DNA of 64,000 nt, taken from NCBI RefSeq assembly GCF_016433145.1, contig NC_058133.1:348421388-348485387 (forward strand), in the 5' to 3' direction. Both the position numbers and the translations under genes were made by a program. Below are positions 1 through 13,400 of this stretch, piece by piece; the stretch's first letter is position 1, and each line of letters begins with the position of its first letter. Below the pieces are notes generated by a model, which had not been told where the DNA came from, made no database searches, and saw only the letters and a list, made by a program, of their open reading frames with translations. This stretch comes from Gracilinanus agilis. Taxonomy: Eukaryota.

Positions 1-275
1 AGGAAGGACTGCAGGAGAGGAAACATATAAGAAAAACAACTGCTTGAACGCATGGGTCGGGGTGGACATGACTGAGGGTGTAGACTTGAAACTACCACAC
101 CAATGCAACTACCAACAATTTGGAAATTGGTCTTGATCAAGGACACATGACAAAACTAGTGGAAATGTGCATCGGCCATGGGTGGGGGAAGTGCGGGGAG
201 TGAAGGGGAAAGGTGGAGCATGAATCACGTAACCATGTTAAAAATGAATATTAATAAATGTTAAAAAAAAAAAAC
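1..275 (+). mobile_element. L1 3' end with A-tail
   Basis: G-rich 3' UTR tract, 'catgaatcacgtaaccatg' motif shared with the other L1 ends here, poly-A. Confidence 0.7.
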
Positions 276-657
276 TTAGGCAAATGGCTTCGTAACATTT
301 ACTTGAACAAAAGCAGTCCCCACTTCAAGGAAACCCAAACAGTATAAAAATGTCCTGAAGTCTACTATATAAAATGGTTACTGCTCATTCCAAATAGTTG
401 AAGCTTACCCTGAAATGCAGGCTTATTCATACTAGCCATACGAGGGCAGTAATGTTGACCTGGGAAACCCTGAATATGAACTTCCAGAGGAACGGGACGA
501 ACTGATGGTCTGAAGTTGAACAACCCCATCTAGAGTAAATGTTAGAAAAATGTTATTCTTTCAATATTGAAATAATCAATTTCCTGATGCTACTTCTATA
601 TCAAATCATCCAAGAACCAAAATTGTTAAATTTCATATTTGTAGATATTTCACATAC

Positions 658-803
658 CTGATTAATATTGAGCCAGTCAGCAAGGTCTCTGGCATTAGCT
701 AACGCAGTAGACAATCCAACTACTCTAACAGGTTTTTCCGTGTGAGAAGAAATGAAGTTAGTTCGAGACACAATAACCTCTAGGACTGGGCCTCTTTCAT
801 CCC
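658..803 (-). CDS. ASCC3: ASCC3 exon (146 nt): (G)[13 protein letters not shown]...[20 protein letters not shown]; motif III
   Basis: Acceptor TCCTAG|GGG, donor CAG|GTATGT; phase 1-0. Confidence 0.96.
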
Positions 804-3800
804 CTAGGAAATAAGAAGAATGTTCATTAATCATTTAATAAGCTCTGACCCTGATAGTTGTAGGCATGAAAGTGTAAGTCAGGATTTCTAAATCAGTTTT
901 ATATAAAATGGCACTTACCTAGCAGATGGATCTCATCTATAATGAGAATGGCAACTTTTTTAACATAGCTCCTGTTCTGCCAACTTCTGCTGATTCCATC
1001 CCACTTTTCTGGTGTAGTGACAATTAGGTCAGCTTGGGCAATGGATTTCATATCAGGAGTCACATCTCCTGTTAGCTCAATAACTCTGGAGAAAAATAAA
1101 AATGATTTTTAAAAATTTAAAACACAAAAAACACAGGAGGGGGGGAAGTGCATCAAGTGATAACATTCTTTTTTTGTTTGTTTGTGTGTTTTTTTTTAAT
1201 ATTTTTAAACCCTTAACTTCTGTGTATTAGTTCCTTGGTGGAAGAGTGGTAAGGGTAGGCAATGGGGGTCAAGTGACTTGCCCTGGGTCACACAGCTGGG
1301 AAGTGTCTGAGGCCAGATTTGAACCTAGGACCTCCCGTCTCTAGGCCTGGCTCTCAATCCACTGAGCTACCCAGCTGCCCCAAGTGATACATTCTTTATA
1401 AGCTGTCTGAAGAGTGTGAAATTAGTTTTGAAAAGATATGAAAGATAGCTATTTTATAACTAGGAACAAAGTTTTCTCAATTACTTAGTGGAGCTGTCAA
1501 ACTAAAACATAATGTAATTTTTGTTTTTTGATAGAATTTCTTTTTAGTCTGTCAATACCATACAATTACAAAGTCTTTAAATTGCTGTATAAAGTGTATT
1601 ATTTTCTGAAATGGAGTTGATTAACTTATTCTCACAGCTTCCATTTTACTTAGGTAACTATTTGGATAATTGGCTCATAGTTTTCTGTCTTCTAGTTGGC
1701 TATTTGTAGTCCCATAATATCTCTTCTATAAATGGAATGATCTATTATCCTTTCAACATGACCATTGTTTTCTGCATATCTAAGTTTCCTGCAGCTAATC
1801 TGTTTCCTTTAATGATCTGTAGAAAAAAAATCTCATTTGCCATGAGATCAAATAACAAGACACTGCAGATTATTCTTTATGCTATGTGCTGAGAATCTCT
1901 TTTTGCTCTATCCCCATTATAGGTATAGCCCAACTTTCCAATACACAGTATCAAAAGTTGGAATTGAATACAATTCAACATATAAGCTATTTTTTTCTTT
2001 CCAAAGATAAAAATGTTTTGAAGAAAGGTAGGAGAAGGAAAAGGAGCTGTAGACAATATAGAATACCTAGGGGTATACTTACTAAAACAAACCCAGCTAC
2101 TATATGAACACAATCTGCAACCATATCCCAAGGGCTATAAAACTATGTATATCTTTTGAACCAGCAATAGCACTACTTTGTCTGTATCTCAAAGAGATCA
2201 GAGATTGGGGAAAAGGACATACTTGCACAAAAATATTTTTAGCAGTTCTGAGGGCAGCTGAGTGGCCCAATGTATTGAGAGCCAGGCCTAGAGATAGAAG
2301 GTTCTGGGTTCAAATTTGGTCTCAGACACTTCCTAGTTGTGTGACCCTGGGCAAGTCACTTAACTCCCATTGCCTAGCCCTTACCATTCTTCTGCTTTGG
2401 AACCAATACAGAGTATTGATTCCAAGATGGAAAATAAGGGTTTAAAAATTCATATCTAAATTCATCCATGAATTTATTTATTGATTTATTTGTTCATGTG
2501 CTTGCTTGTTTATTTATTTATTTAGCAGCTCTTTCCATATGGCAAAGAACTGGAAACTTATAGGGTACCCATCAATTGGAGAATGGATGAACAAGTTGTG
2601 ATTTATAATGGAATAGTATTACACCCTAAGAAATAACAAAGACAAAATTGTGATATGGAATTATGAAGGTGACTTAGAAGGCTTGTAATTCAATGTGTTG
2701 AGGATATTTGGGAGGACTGGAGAAGTTTAAAACTCTGAGGTGAAGGGTTAAATTTGGTTGGGGGAGAAAGCAGGGAAAAAGATTCAAGGAAACAGACTTG
2801 AGGAAAAAAGCTAGAGCTAAAAGATGACTTAATCTGAAATAAGAGAATTCAGAGAGGATTTGAAGAAGAAAATGAAAAGCATAAGAAGTAGTAGCAAGAG
2901 AAGGACTTGAGCTAGAGGAGAAAAGAAGAGAAAGGAAAACAATAGAAGAAAAACTTTGGAGAAAATAAATTCTCACTCTTTACATGACAATGAAATACAT
3001 AAAGAACCTCAGAAAAATCAACCAAAAAATAAAAGAAACAATTAAACTTTAGCAAAGTTACAGGATACAAAATAAACATATAAATCATCAGCATTTCTAT
3101 TTACCAACAACAAAGTTCAACAACAATTTATTGAAAAGGAAATTCCACTTAAAATAACTGTAGACAATATAAAATATCTAAGACTACATACCAAGACAAA
3201 TCTAGCAACTATATGAACACAATTACAAAACACTTTTCACACAAATAAAGTCAGACCTAAACAATTGGAAAAATATTAATTGCTTATGAATAGACTGACC
3301 AATTTAGTAAAAATGACAATCTTACCAAAATTAATCTATCTATTCAGTGTCACACCAGACTAACCAAAAATTATTTCCCAGAACTAGAAAAAATATAGCA
3401 AAATTGGAATACTATTGCACCCTAAAAATGATTAAGGTCAAGAATATTAAGGGAACTAATGAAAAAAATATAAAGGAAGGAGGCTTAAAGTGTACCAAAT
3501 TTCAGACTAAATGACAAAGTGGTAATCCTCAAAATAATTTGGTACAGACTAAGAATAGAGTAATATTTCAATGGAACAGGTAAGGAAATCAACACATAGT
3601 AATTAATGACTATAGTAAACTAGTGCTCGAAAGCCCTGAAATCCAAGCTGTTGGGGGAAAAACTTACTATTTATCAAAAACTACTAGGAAAAATCGGAAA
3701 ACATGGCAGAAACTAAGCATGGATCAGTATCTCACATCATACTTTAAGATAAAGTGAAAATGGATACCTGATCTAGAATAGTGATTCCACAAACAAATTA

Positions 3801-6326
3801 GGGGCACATGGAAAAGTCTACCTATCAGATGTGTAGATAAAGGAAAAATTTATGACCAAATAAGACACAGAGAACATAAAAATTAATTTTGATTACATCA
3901 AATTTAAAAAGTTTTTGCACAGACAAAATCAATGTTATCAAGATTAGAGGAGAAACAACAAATTGGAGAAAAATTTTTACAGCAAGTATCTCTGACAAAG
4001 ATCTTATTTCTCAACTATATAGAGAACTGAGTCAAATTTCTAATAATACAAAGCATTGCATAATTGAGAAATGGTCAAAGGATATGAACAGGCAGTTCTC
4101 AAAAGAAGAAATTAAAACCAACCAAAGACATAGGAAAAAAATGCTCCAAATCACTAATGATTAAAGAAATATAAATTAAAACAACTCTGAGATACCAGCT
4201 TACACTTACCAGATGGGCTAACATGACCAAAAAAGGAAAATGATAAATATTGGAGGGGAATTGGAAAAACAGGACATAAATAAACTACTGGTAGGAACTA
4301 TAAATTGATACAATCATTTTGGAAGGCAATCTGAACCACATCCAAAAGGACATAAAACTACGCAAACTCTTTGAACTATCAATACCAGTACTGGGTATAT
4401 ATCTCAAAGAAATCAGAAATAAGGGAAAAGGACCTCCTTGCACAAAAATATTGTCAGCAGCTCTTTCTAGTGGCAAAGAACTGTAAGCTGATGGAGTATC
4501 CACGAATTGAGGAATGGATGAACAAGTTGTGATGATATATGGTTGTAATGGAATACTGCTATACCCCAAGACCTTGTTGGCAAAGCCATGGAATGCATTC
4601 ACAGCCTGCACTCAGGGAGCTGCTCTATTTCTCCTCTTCCCAGGACCAGAGGGCATTTTTTTGCATGCCCCACCCCTCTGTTCAGCTGCCCAAAGCAAGC
4701 ACTTTCTCCCTTAACTCTCAGATATTACCAGGGCTCACAGACAGTTTAAATTTGTCCTCTGGGCACTTGAACTAGGAAAAGGCTCTCCAATCCTGCCCTA
4801 AGAAATGAGGAACAGATGAGTCCAATAAAACCTGGAAAGACTTATATGAACTGATGCAAAGTAAAGTGAGCAGAACTAGGAGAACATTTATATACAGAAA
4901 AAGAAATACTGTAAATTGATCAACAGTGAAAGACTAAACTGTTATCAGCAAAACAAAGTCCAAAAATAACCCCAAGGGACTCATGACAAAAAAATGCTAT
5001 CCAAAGCCAAAGAAGGAACTGTTGAAATCTGATTGTAGATCAAAGCATGCCATCTTTCACTTTATTTCCTTCATGAGTTTTTTATTATATGTATGATATG
5101 TGTCTTTTGTCACAGCATGGGGAATGTGGAAATATGTATGGCATGAAATCACTGGTATTACTTATAAACAGACTACTTATTGCCTCAAAGGAGGTTGGGG
5201 TGGGGGGGGGGTCAAGATTCTGAATCACAAAATGTCAGAAAACAATTGCCAAAAAATTGTTTCTATATGTAATTGAAAAACAAAATAAATGAAGATTATA
5301 AGCAATTATAAAAAAACCCTAAAGGAAAAATAGTTGTGACAAAACATGCAAAATAAATTGGTAAGAGAAGATGAAATTTCAGCAAGAGAAGAGAAAGGTG
5401 GACTTGTTGATTAATATCTCAAAAGCAGTTTACCATAGCTATCCTGTTAAAGACACTAACAAGAAGAAGAACTGTGTATCTCATTTCCATTAAGTTTAGA
5501 GAGCCCAGAATGAGTTGTATATCTGTTCTGGTCATATGACTGCTATCTTAAGTTAAGAGTTCAGACTTTTTTCCTTCTAGAAGAGAAGGCAAAGGAGCAC
5601 AAAAAGAGCACCACACTACAGCTTATCTGTGACAATGAAATATTACTTAAACATACAAAAGAGCCTGTATGAAAACAAGAAAAGAAAGGATTTGAAGAGG
5701 CAGAGGTAAATTCTGACATGTTAGTAAGATGGAAGGTAGAAGAATGTCACACAGAAGAGGGACCATTGATTCTTCTAGATAATAGCCCCAAAGAGGTTTT
5801 TCTTTAAGAGGAAGCCACTAGAGGATATGAGGAAGAAGCAGCTGTTTGAACTTCAAGGAATGTTAAATAATATGGAGCCAGAAGATCCTCTAGTAAAGAT
5901 TAGAGGAAGAATAGAAAAGCAGGGATGATTTGTGATTTCCTGAATTTTTTTTAACAAAAAAATTTCTGCTGACATGATATCAGCAGAGAGATCTGATATC
6001 TTCTTCAGGAAGGTTTCCAAAATGTGACACAAAACCTCTATGGACTTGCCAAAATTGATGGTCAGACTACTCAAACCTGGGGCTGCAATGGACACAAATG
6101 ATGCAATGAGAAATAAACCACAAAGCACTGACAAGTATTACAAATTTGGGGGCAAGAAACTTTATGGCTACAAATAGCATTTTATCATTGCTGAAGTGTA
6201 AAAACCACTAAGTTTCTCCCCAAAACCAGTCCTATGTGTCTTCTCTATCTCACTTGGTGAATTCATCAGCTCCCATTAATTCAATCATCACCATCATGCA
6301 GATGTTCCTCAGAAGTGTGTGTGTGT

Positions 6327-6357
<31 letters not shown>

Positions 6358-7440
6358 TGTTTGCTTCTTGTTGGGTCAGTCACACATCTCCAACTACCTA
6401 AAAATTCTAACTTACGGAAAGAGAATTTTCTAGTAGGTATATCAAACTCAACAAGTTTAAAACAGAATTCATTATCTTCATATATACATACCCTTTCCCA
6501 ACCTCTTTTTCGTCTACATTAGCTTATTACTGCAGAGGGAACTACCATTCTCCTAGTTACCCAAGTTGACAATCTTGATACCAAACTCTTACCATACATA
6601 TCTAATATACTACCAAACTCAATCATTGCTACTTTCATAGTCTCTCCTTCTCCACATAGTCTTAAACCCTAGTTTAGGCACTTAGCAATTTTCATTTTAT
6701 AACTGATTTATCTGTCCTAAGTTTCTCCGTACTCCAATCTGTCCTCCATTTGGCTGGCAAGGTGATTTTTTTCCTACAGTGAAGAACTGACCGAGTCAAA
6801 GTTCCAGTAACTTCCCATTACTCTCAGGATCAAATATGGATTCCTTTGTTTGGCATTTATAGGTTTTTCACAACCTAGTTCCTCCCTTCCCAGTCATCAT
6901 AGTTAGCATTTTTCCCATCTGACTATACTGGCCTCCTTGCTATTTTTTTTTCACATGCAACACTTCATCTCCCATAGTTGTACCTCTACACTGGCTGTTC
7001 TTTATGCCTGGATTCTCTCCTCTCTCACTTCCACATCTTTAAGTTTCCCTGATATCTTTAAGACTCAGCTAAAATTTCACTTTTTGAAAGAGGTCTTTCC
7101 TGTTTTCTCTAGCTGCTAAAGTCTTCCCACTTTATATTACCATCATCTATTTTGAACATATAATACACAAAGGAGTTATTTATATGTTCTCTTCCCCAAT
7201 AGTATGATTATTCACGTAAGGCAAAGACTATTGTTTGTTTTTCTTTGTATCCTCAGTGCTTAGCCTGGAATAGAGTAAGCACTAAATTAATGCTGTAGCT
7301 GATATTACTCATCAAGGGAGGAAACTTCCTATATAAATTAATCAAGCCAGATATAAAAGAGTATCTAAAACGAAGGAAAATCTGGGACACCCAGGAATTC
7401 AAAGACAAAAATCTTTTTCAAAAGGACTAATAAATAAATC

Positions 7441-7479
<39 letters not shown>

Positions 7480-10400
7480 GTGGGACTTTGAATCTGGAAG
7501 TGAATGAAATAATTAAAAGAAACGGACTAAGTTAAGGGAAGAGTAATACTGAATATTAAGAAATACGAGAAAATTCAAGAAAGGAAGGCAGAATTATGAT
7601 GGAGAATATTTGGGTAAAAATGACTAGGAATAGAGATGACATTATCCATGGAATGTATAATCCACCTTAACAAAAGGAAGAAAAGATGAGATGTTTGGAA
7701 AACACATCACAAGTCTGTTGCAGAACCATGATATAATAATGATGGATAATTTCAATTACTCATAGAGCTTTTGGAAACCTCTTTGCCAAAATCAAGATGG
7801 TTAATAATTAAATTATGTATCTAAATGTTTGTTTCATCTTTCAAAATATGGAGCAACCAATAAGGTGGAATCCTATTATGTATTTGATTCTTACCCACGG
7901 GAAGAAATTGACTAAAGAAATAATAAAAATCTTGTGAGAAAGTGGCTACTCCATTTCGGAATTTGTCAGAGAGTCAATAAAAGACAGACATCCTAGATCT
8001 GAGGAAACAATTTCAGAAAGTTCAGAGAAAGGAAAAATAGGAGTATTTCCAAAAGGAAAGGGAAATTCTTAAACATTAATCCTGAAAACAAACAAAAAAA
8101 CTAATTTCCAATGAGGAGCTAAAAAACGAAAGCCCAATATAGAGGCAGAAAAAGCTTATCAACCAAATTAGATTAAGGCCAATTCCTTTTTTTTAACTTT
8201 TTAAATTTTATTTAATTGATTAATTAAGAAAATTTTTCCATGGTTACATGATACATGTTCTTTCCCTCTCCTCCTCCCAACCCCCTCCCGTAGCCAATGC
8301 GCAATTCCATTGGGTTTTAATTGTGTCATTGATCAAGACCTATTCCCATATTATTAATATTTGCACTAGGGTGATCTTTTAGAGTCTACATCCCCAATTA
8401 TATCCCCATTGACCCATGTGATCAAGCAGTTGTTTTTCTTCTGTGTTTCTACTCTCACAGTTCTTCCTCTGAATGTGGATAGCGTTCTTTCTCATCAGTT
8501 CCTCAGAATTGTCTTGGATCATTGCATTGCTGCTAGTAGAGAAGTCTATTACATTCAATTGTGCCAAAGTGTATCCGTCTCTGTGTTATAGACTCTAAAC
8601 AATCACTCTAATGCAAATATTAATAAAACGGAAATAGGTCTTGATCAATGACATGTAAAACCCAATGGAATTGCTCATTGGCTACGGGGGGGAAGGTATG
8701 AATAGGGGAGGAAAAGAACATGAATCATGTAACCATGGAAAAATATCCTAAATTAATTCATTAAACAAACACTTTTTTTAAAGTTATGTCAAGAAAAAGA
8801 AGATGCCTGAAGAAGGGATAGGACTATTGCCTGGATGGTAATATCTGAAAAAGTGAGAATATGGAAAACTAAATCATTCTTATTTTGATTTTGTTTTGTC
8901 ATAGAACAAAATGGATATTAGAGATTTGATATCCTAAATCACAAAGGAAAGAAGAGAACACTTACATGTCCTTTAAAAAAAGCAAACTAAACTAAATTTT
9001 AGCCTTCTGTCTTAGAATAGAAACTAAATATTGATTCTAAGGAAGAAGAGGGATAAGGGCAAGGTTAACTGGGGTTAAGTGACTTGCCTATAGGTCATAC
9101 AGAAAGTGTCTGAGGTCACATTTGAACCCAAGTTCTCCTGCCTCCAAGCCTGGTGTTCTATCTACTGTGCTACCTAGTTTTCCCCTACTTAGCTATTCTA
9201 AATGAATTCAGAGTCCCAATCTTTTCTTGTATCTTCAAGTACTGAATGGACTACTCAATGTGAATGATGAGTAAATGATATCTTAAAGATGAGTAAAGGG
9301 GAAAGGTGCTGTAGGACTGGAGGATAAATGTTCTGAACTTTCAAAAAGGAAAAGATAGTATGCAAACCAAAGATCAATGAGTTGGAATTTCATTCTTGCC
9401 CATAGTTTAGTACATTTTATTAAAGAGATGGCTAATAAATCCCTGGAAAAAGAAAAAGTTATTTAAAAAAGCAAGCACGTGGGGCAGCTGGGTATCTCAG
9501 TGGATTGAGAGTCAGACCTAGAGACGGGAGGTCCTAGGTTCAAATCCGGCCTCAGACACTTCCCAGCTATATGACCCTGGACAAGTCCCTTGACCCCCAC
9601 TGCCCACCCTTACCACTCTTCCACCTAGGAACCAATACACGGAAGTTAAAGGTTTAAAAAAAAAAAAAGCAAGCACTGATTCAGTAAGAACAGATCATAT
9701 CAGACTAACTTTTTTCCTTTATTTGACAGAGTAACTATACTGGTAGTTTAGGAAAAACTAGTCTATCCTCTACTGCCTCGCTCCCATGCCTAACTCACAG
9801 ATATAAATACAGTTTACCTATATTTGAAAAGTCTGAGAGTATTTATATGGAAAATACAGGAGAAATGGTAGATAGTATAAAAAATGGTTTAAAAATTATG
9901 GCAATAGCCAGTTTTAATAATTAATGATTCTAAGCTAACATGTAAAGAGGCCGCCAGGGAAGTGCTCTTGTGATCTATGCCGTCAAACATTTTTTATCAA
10001 TGATTCTACTAAAGCAGTAGTTCCCAAACTTTTTTGGCCTACCGCCCCCTTTCCAGAAAAAAATATTACTTAGCCCTCTGGAAATTAATTTTTTTTAATT
10101 TTTATAGCAATTAATAGGAAAGATAAATGCACCTGTGGCCATCACCGCACCCCTGGATTGCTGCAGCACCCACCAGGGGGCGGTAGCACCCACTTTGGGA
10201 ATTACTGTATTAAAGGTACAAATGATATGGTAGCAAATTTTCACATGAAAATAAGCTAGGAAGTACAGCTAACTATGGTATAAAACTATGGTATAACTAT
10301 AACTAATATGGCATGAGTCAGAAACCAAAGATTTTAATTGTCTGAATTGAATGAGATGAAATTTAATAGGGAAAAATGTTAAGAGTGTTCTTTGTTCAAA

Positions 10401-13400
10401 AAGTTAATTTTACAATCAGGTGATGGGAAATATATGATTAGACAAGTTAATCTAAAAAGATTTGGAGGTTTTACTGGATAGAAAGCTCAAAATGATTAAA
10501 CCCACCCTAAATTCTAATGTTTCTCTCTATAGCTATCTACCCCTTCCATGGTGCTCTCTGGATTGCTTGTTCCATAGGTAATAAATTTACTTTCATCTTA
10601 AAGGGCCACTTCTTTATATGAGGCAGGTAAAGGAAAGGATAAAGACAAAAAACTTCTGAGCTTTGTTAGATGAATGCAGAGAGTATGAGGGAGTTCTTGA
10701 AGAATGTCAATTTTTTCAGTAAAATGAAAAGGGTATAAAATCATAGTTTTGCATCAATAAGGGCCCAGTTGTTATGCACATGAATTAATAGTGGACTGAT
10801 CATCATAGTTTCATGATTTTCTACAGCTTTATTAAGTAGCATGTGAATAGATGTGAAGGAAGCAGATGATAGGAGTAATCTAGTGCCGAGAATTGACGAT
10901 AGAGCAAAATCTTTGCTAAAATAAAGGGATAAGGAACTAGACAGAAGAGTAAAGTACAGAATTAAACTAATTCTCTGAGAAGTAATGATGGTGAAGGAAG
11001 TAATGTGTAACCAGTGCAGGGATGACAGATTGCCTGGGGAAAAAAAGTGAGGCATGATACAGATTTTATTTTACTTTTCCAGGACCAATAAAGAATGACA
11101 ATATTTAGACTAATAGGATGATCACTTAGAGAAGAATCTTTGGATCATGGTTTCTCGGGAAATAAAGAAAAATATAAGATAGTCCTCATCCTTGTGTAGT
11201 TTCTGCTGTCATACTAACAGAGCATTTAGGGGATGGAGAAGAAAAGTACAAGGAATTACTTAAAGAAATATAGTTTTTAGGTTATGTATAAATGTAGTCT
11301 ATTTATTTAGTGGCCCACAAGAGGAACAAAATCATATTAATTTTAATATTCAATATAAAAGAAACCAGAACATAAAAGGAAATTGCAAAAGGATCATAGA
11401 ATAATTCTTTCATTCTTCCCTAACTGATTCTCTATCATATTCCCTGCTGGCTATTTCAAACCTTCTTTTCTGTCATCAAGCCCCCACATTACTTGCTCTG
11501 CATTTCTTCCTCACCTTCTTAGCAGATAATGTCACCTCATACTTTACTAATAAGAGGTCATTTATCTCTCATATGTCTCCAAATCCCTTAAGATCAATTG
11601 ACATCAAGGGCCCTAACCTTTTTTTTTATTCTAACCTGATGAAGAAATTACCTTTCTCTCCAACAAGGCCATATCTTTTTTATTTTTTTTCTTTCTCTAA
11701 ACCCTTAACTTCTATGTATTGGCTCCTAGGTGGAAAAGTGGTAAGGGTGGGCAATGGGGGTCAAGTGACCTGCCTGGGATCACACAGCTGGGAAGTGTCT
11801 GAGACCGGATTTGAACCTAGGAACCTCCTGTCTCTAGGCCTGACTCTCAATCCACTGAGCTACCCAGCTGCCTCCCAAGGCCATATCTTGATCCTGGCTC
11901 TTCAGTCTCCTTCATCAGATTACCCCTTTAATTAATCTCTATCTACTGATTCCTTCCCCAATGATTTTAGACATGCCTAAAGTTTCTTCCACCTCCTAAG
12001 CTATATGTTTTTCCTCTTAACTCTTAAACACAGTGCTTATACTTTCTCTCTTATTCAATTTCTAATTTTTGAAATCTGGTCGTTTTTCTTCAAAATTATT
12101 AAAAATTTATAAATTACCATTACCTGTTGGGTTTTTTCTCAATCTTCATCCTTCTGAATTTATTGTAGCATCTGACATTGTTGACCAACCTCTTTGGAAT
12201 GCTCTAATCTCTCTAGTTTTTCAAAAAATGACTCACTTGCTTCTCTTTTCTAACTATTCCTTTTCAGTTTCCTTTTGTTTGATCGATTTTCATATCATGA
12301 CCCCTAAAAGTTGGTGACCCTCAGGCTCTTTCCTGGGCACTGATCTCTTGTCTCTTTAAACATAGTGATTTCATTATCTCCAATGGATTTTAATATCATT
12401 TCTACAAGGATAGCTACTGAAGTTCTTTATATCTCTAGTATCTCTCTGAAGTTTTAGTCACTTCATGGTCTATCTCATCATGGTTCCTATGCTCTGCTTA
12501 TCATCCTCATCTTCTCTCCAATGCAATTATAGAAATACCCCTGCCTCTTCTCATACTAATTAGCAAACTTTTACCTTGTTGTACAGTTGTTTTTCAGTCA
12601 TGTCCAACTCTTTGTGACCGCATTTGGGGTTTTCTTGGCAAAGCTATTAGAGTGGTTTGTCATTTCCTTCTCTAATTCTTTTCAAATATGAGGAAATTGA
12701 GACAAACAGAGTTAAGTGACTTGCATAGTGTCACAGAGCTACTGAGTATCTGAGGTTAGATTTGAGAAGATGAGTCTTCCTGTCGCCAGGCCTGGTGCTC
12801 TGTCCATTTCATCACTTAGGTACCCTATACTTTTGCCTTTTCTAGGACTAGGACTCTATGATAAACTGCAACATATTGCAACTCGGGTATGTTGTGAGGA
12901 AGATTAGTTACATATAGTTTATATGGACCTAGCAGGAAGAGCTGGAACATTCCAAGATGGAATGAAGGAGCAGGATATTGTTTGTGCTCTGAGAGAGATT
13001 CCATTGGTGGTTGGCACAAACTGTTGCTTGCCCTGGGAGATCTCAGAGTTAAGGACACTCTGCATCCAGATTCCCTGGGATCCTGAGTGGTGGTGGCTTT
13101 CAGCAAGTGGGCAAGACCTGCAGAGCTGCACCAAGTGGAGGAGGGGTTTGGGATCTGGTGGACAGCATCTCAAGCACACTCTCTCTATTTGGGTACCTTG
13201 GATTACCTTGGCTCTTGGCATCCTGTGATCATCTTTGGATTACCGTGAGAACCCTCAAAGCCACCCTCAGGCCCTTTAGCTGAGCTGGTCAAACGTGGCT
13301 GGAACCAGGTTTGAAGCAGCCTTCCTAGTGACTCTAGAACTGCTCCTTTGAGCCCTGCCTGGCCTAGGTCAATTAGAGTTAGAGTAGACCTGTCCTCCCA

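Larger units (their letters stand above)
9290..10500 (+). mobile_element. CR1/L3 LINE remnant interrupted by a SINE1 and a hAT MITE
   Basis: Degenerate CR1-like RT-region nucleotide motifs, recognised by eye. Confidence 0.45.

Noticed and set aside
2960-5300. Intact L1 ORF2 or a domesticated RT gene
   Set aside because: Only short ORF fragments with many stops and frameshifts; 5'-truncated.
9481-9560. tRNA genes at SINE heads (A/B boxes)
   Set aside because: They continue into CORE/SINE1 bodies with A-tails and TSDs, so they are tRNA-derived SINEs.
12825-13228. Overlapping ORFs of about 100 aa on both strands
   Set aside because: They lie within a GC-richer solo LTR, and there is no recognisable protein similarity.
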